Position numbers and translations under genes: made by a program. Source: Malacoraja senta (lineage: Eukaryota). From it: 64,000 bases of DNA. Shown here piece by piece: positions 62,914 to 64,000 of the stretch (its first letter is position 1; every line of letters starts with the position of its first letter). Location of the stretch: contig CM075980.1 of assembly GCA_038087875.1 (NCBI GenBank), positions 17,856,001-17,920,000 of the forward strand, in the 5' to 3' direction. Below the pieces are notes generated by a model. That model made no database searches, had not been told where the DNA came from, and saw only the letters and a program-made list of their open reading frames with translations.

Positions 62914-63498
62914 GTAGGCAAACAGCTAAAAGGCTTTTTAGTTAGCAAACCTATTTAGAAATTGTGAATGCACTTATCTGATTTTGTTAACAAAAATGTG
63001 TGCTGTGACCTTTAGTGGCTGTGGAATTCATTTAGAGTTTACTTCCTGAATTGCTGGAGTTTTAACATTATATAGGATTTAAAAACAGAATCACTTTCTA
63101 AATTTCAATAATCAACCAACATTTTCTTTGGATTTTCAGTACAAAAGATTAGAAAACTTAAATATTGTTAATAAATTTTGTTCAATTGATTTTGCGTAAC
63201 ACTTCCTCTTGTTTTCCTGTTGCTTTGTAATGAGTAATAGATTTAATCCATTCTATGAGAGCGAGGTATTTTAACAAGTTACAGAAGTTTAACAATTCAA
63301 CTGATGCACTGAAATGATAAACACCTAGTTAGCATTGAATTGACATTCTTTTTAGTTGATATGTTTTAACTGTAGTTTGTTTATGTACTCTAATAATGCT
63401 GTTTTCTCTTCTTCGAATTTATGCTGTTCTTTTTTTACTCCACTTCCGCTTGCATGTGAATGTCCTTGCGTTGCCTCTATGTCTATTCGTGTTTGAAG

Positions 63499-63519
63499 AT
63501 GGGCGATGAGACTGAAGGG
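63499..63519 (+). CDS. AP1B1: AP1B1 21-nt alternative microexon (MGDETEG)
   Basis: tttgaag|ATGGGCGATGAGACTGAAGGG|gtacga; matches the human AP1B1 alternative segment MGDEPEG; TGC motifs in the upstream pyrimidine tract. Confidence 0.88.
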
Positions 63520-63765
63520 GTACGACTCTGTCCTTTTGGGTGTTTTTGTTTTCGAATTAATTTTGAAGGCTAATAATTTTATGAATTTTATAATACTGTA
63601 TAATATATTGCTGTGGTTCCAATCATTTAAGTTTAATGGTAGAAGATAAAATCAACGTTTTGAATATTGTAAAGATAAAATCAGAACTTAACATTTGTAA
63701 CAAACACTTTTATTCAGAATTTGCTTTTCCTTCTCAATTGTAATTTTAACTTTTTCTTTTCAAAG

Positions 63766-63795
63766 CTTGGTGGCGATCTCGGTGGAAGTCCAGCA
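63766..63795 (+). CDS. AP1B1: AP1B1 30-nt second hinge microexon (LGGDLGGSPA)
   Basis: tttttcttttcaaag|CTTGGT...CCAGCA|gtaagt; phase 0-0; resembles the AP2B1 alternative segment LGSDLGGGIGGSPA. Confidence 0.85.
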
Positions 63796-64000
63796 GTAAG
63801 TAAATATTTACTTTATAAATGCATGAGTGGAAAAGGGCAGATGTCTTGTTGAAAATTTTAAAGAGAAAGAAATGTCTTTGCTCTGCTTCGTGCTTCTCTC
63901 ATACAGCTGAAATTGGTGAACACTCAATCTGTACAATCTGCTGACTCAGGAAATACAAGTTAGCTTATTGCTGATGCAATTAGCTACAGTGCCCTCCATA

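Noticed and set aside
30179-63795. Calling the adaptin AP2B1
   Set aside because: TTTKK, NSDKKEK, VIASMT, KFMEML, LKHEMK, KKPTET and the MGDETEG microexon are beta-1 type despite the AP2B1-like second microexon.

Overview
This is eukaryotic vertebrate DNA, most likely from a cartilaginous fish (skate or ray). That assignment is inferred from the many HE1-type V-SINEs with CR1/HER1 tails. Two + strand genes are present. (1) The last four coding exons (2910-17311) of a gene I cannot name, encoding an S/T-rich linker, a Q/E/L coiled coil and an acidic tail ending in an NLS-like motif. (2) The CpG promoter, non-coding exon 1 and coding exons 2-14 of AP1B1 (AP-1 beta-1 adaptin; 668 contiguous codons), followed by two tandem in-frame microexons (21 nt MGDETEG and 30 nt LGGDLGGSPA); the gene continues past the window end. 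Introns are rich in transposons: V-SINEs, CR1, L2, Rex1, L1 and Penelope fragments, a solo LTR, a TIR element with a 7-bp TSD carrying a nested Harbinger-like MITE, a Helitron-like element with minisatellites, and a Tigger-like MITE. Four observations stand out: (a) a dispersed family of short, TSD-flanked, often palindromic Penelope-terminus insertions carrying a minimal hammerhead-ribozyme core; (b) an AP2B1-type microexon next to the AP1B1-type microexon; (c) an antisense array of perfect U1/5' splice-site motifs just upstream of the AP1B1 promoter; (d) the unidentified coiled-coil gene. Most ORF-track entries are spurious intronic or repeat ORFs. Family names and human comparisons come from recall, not database searches.
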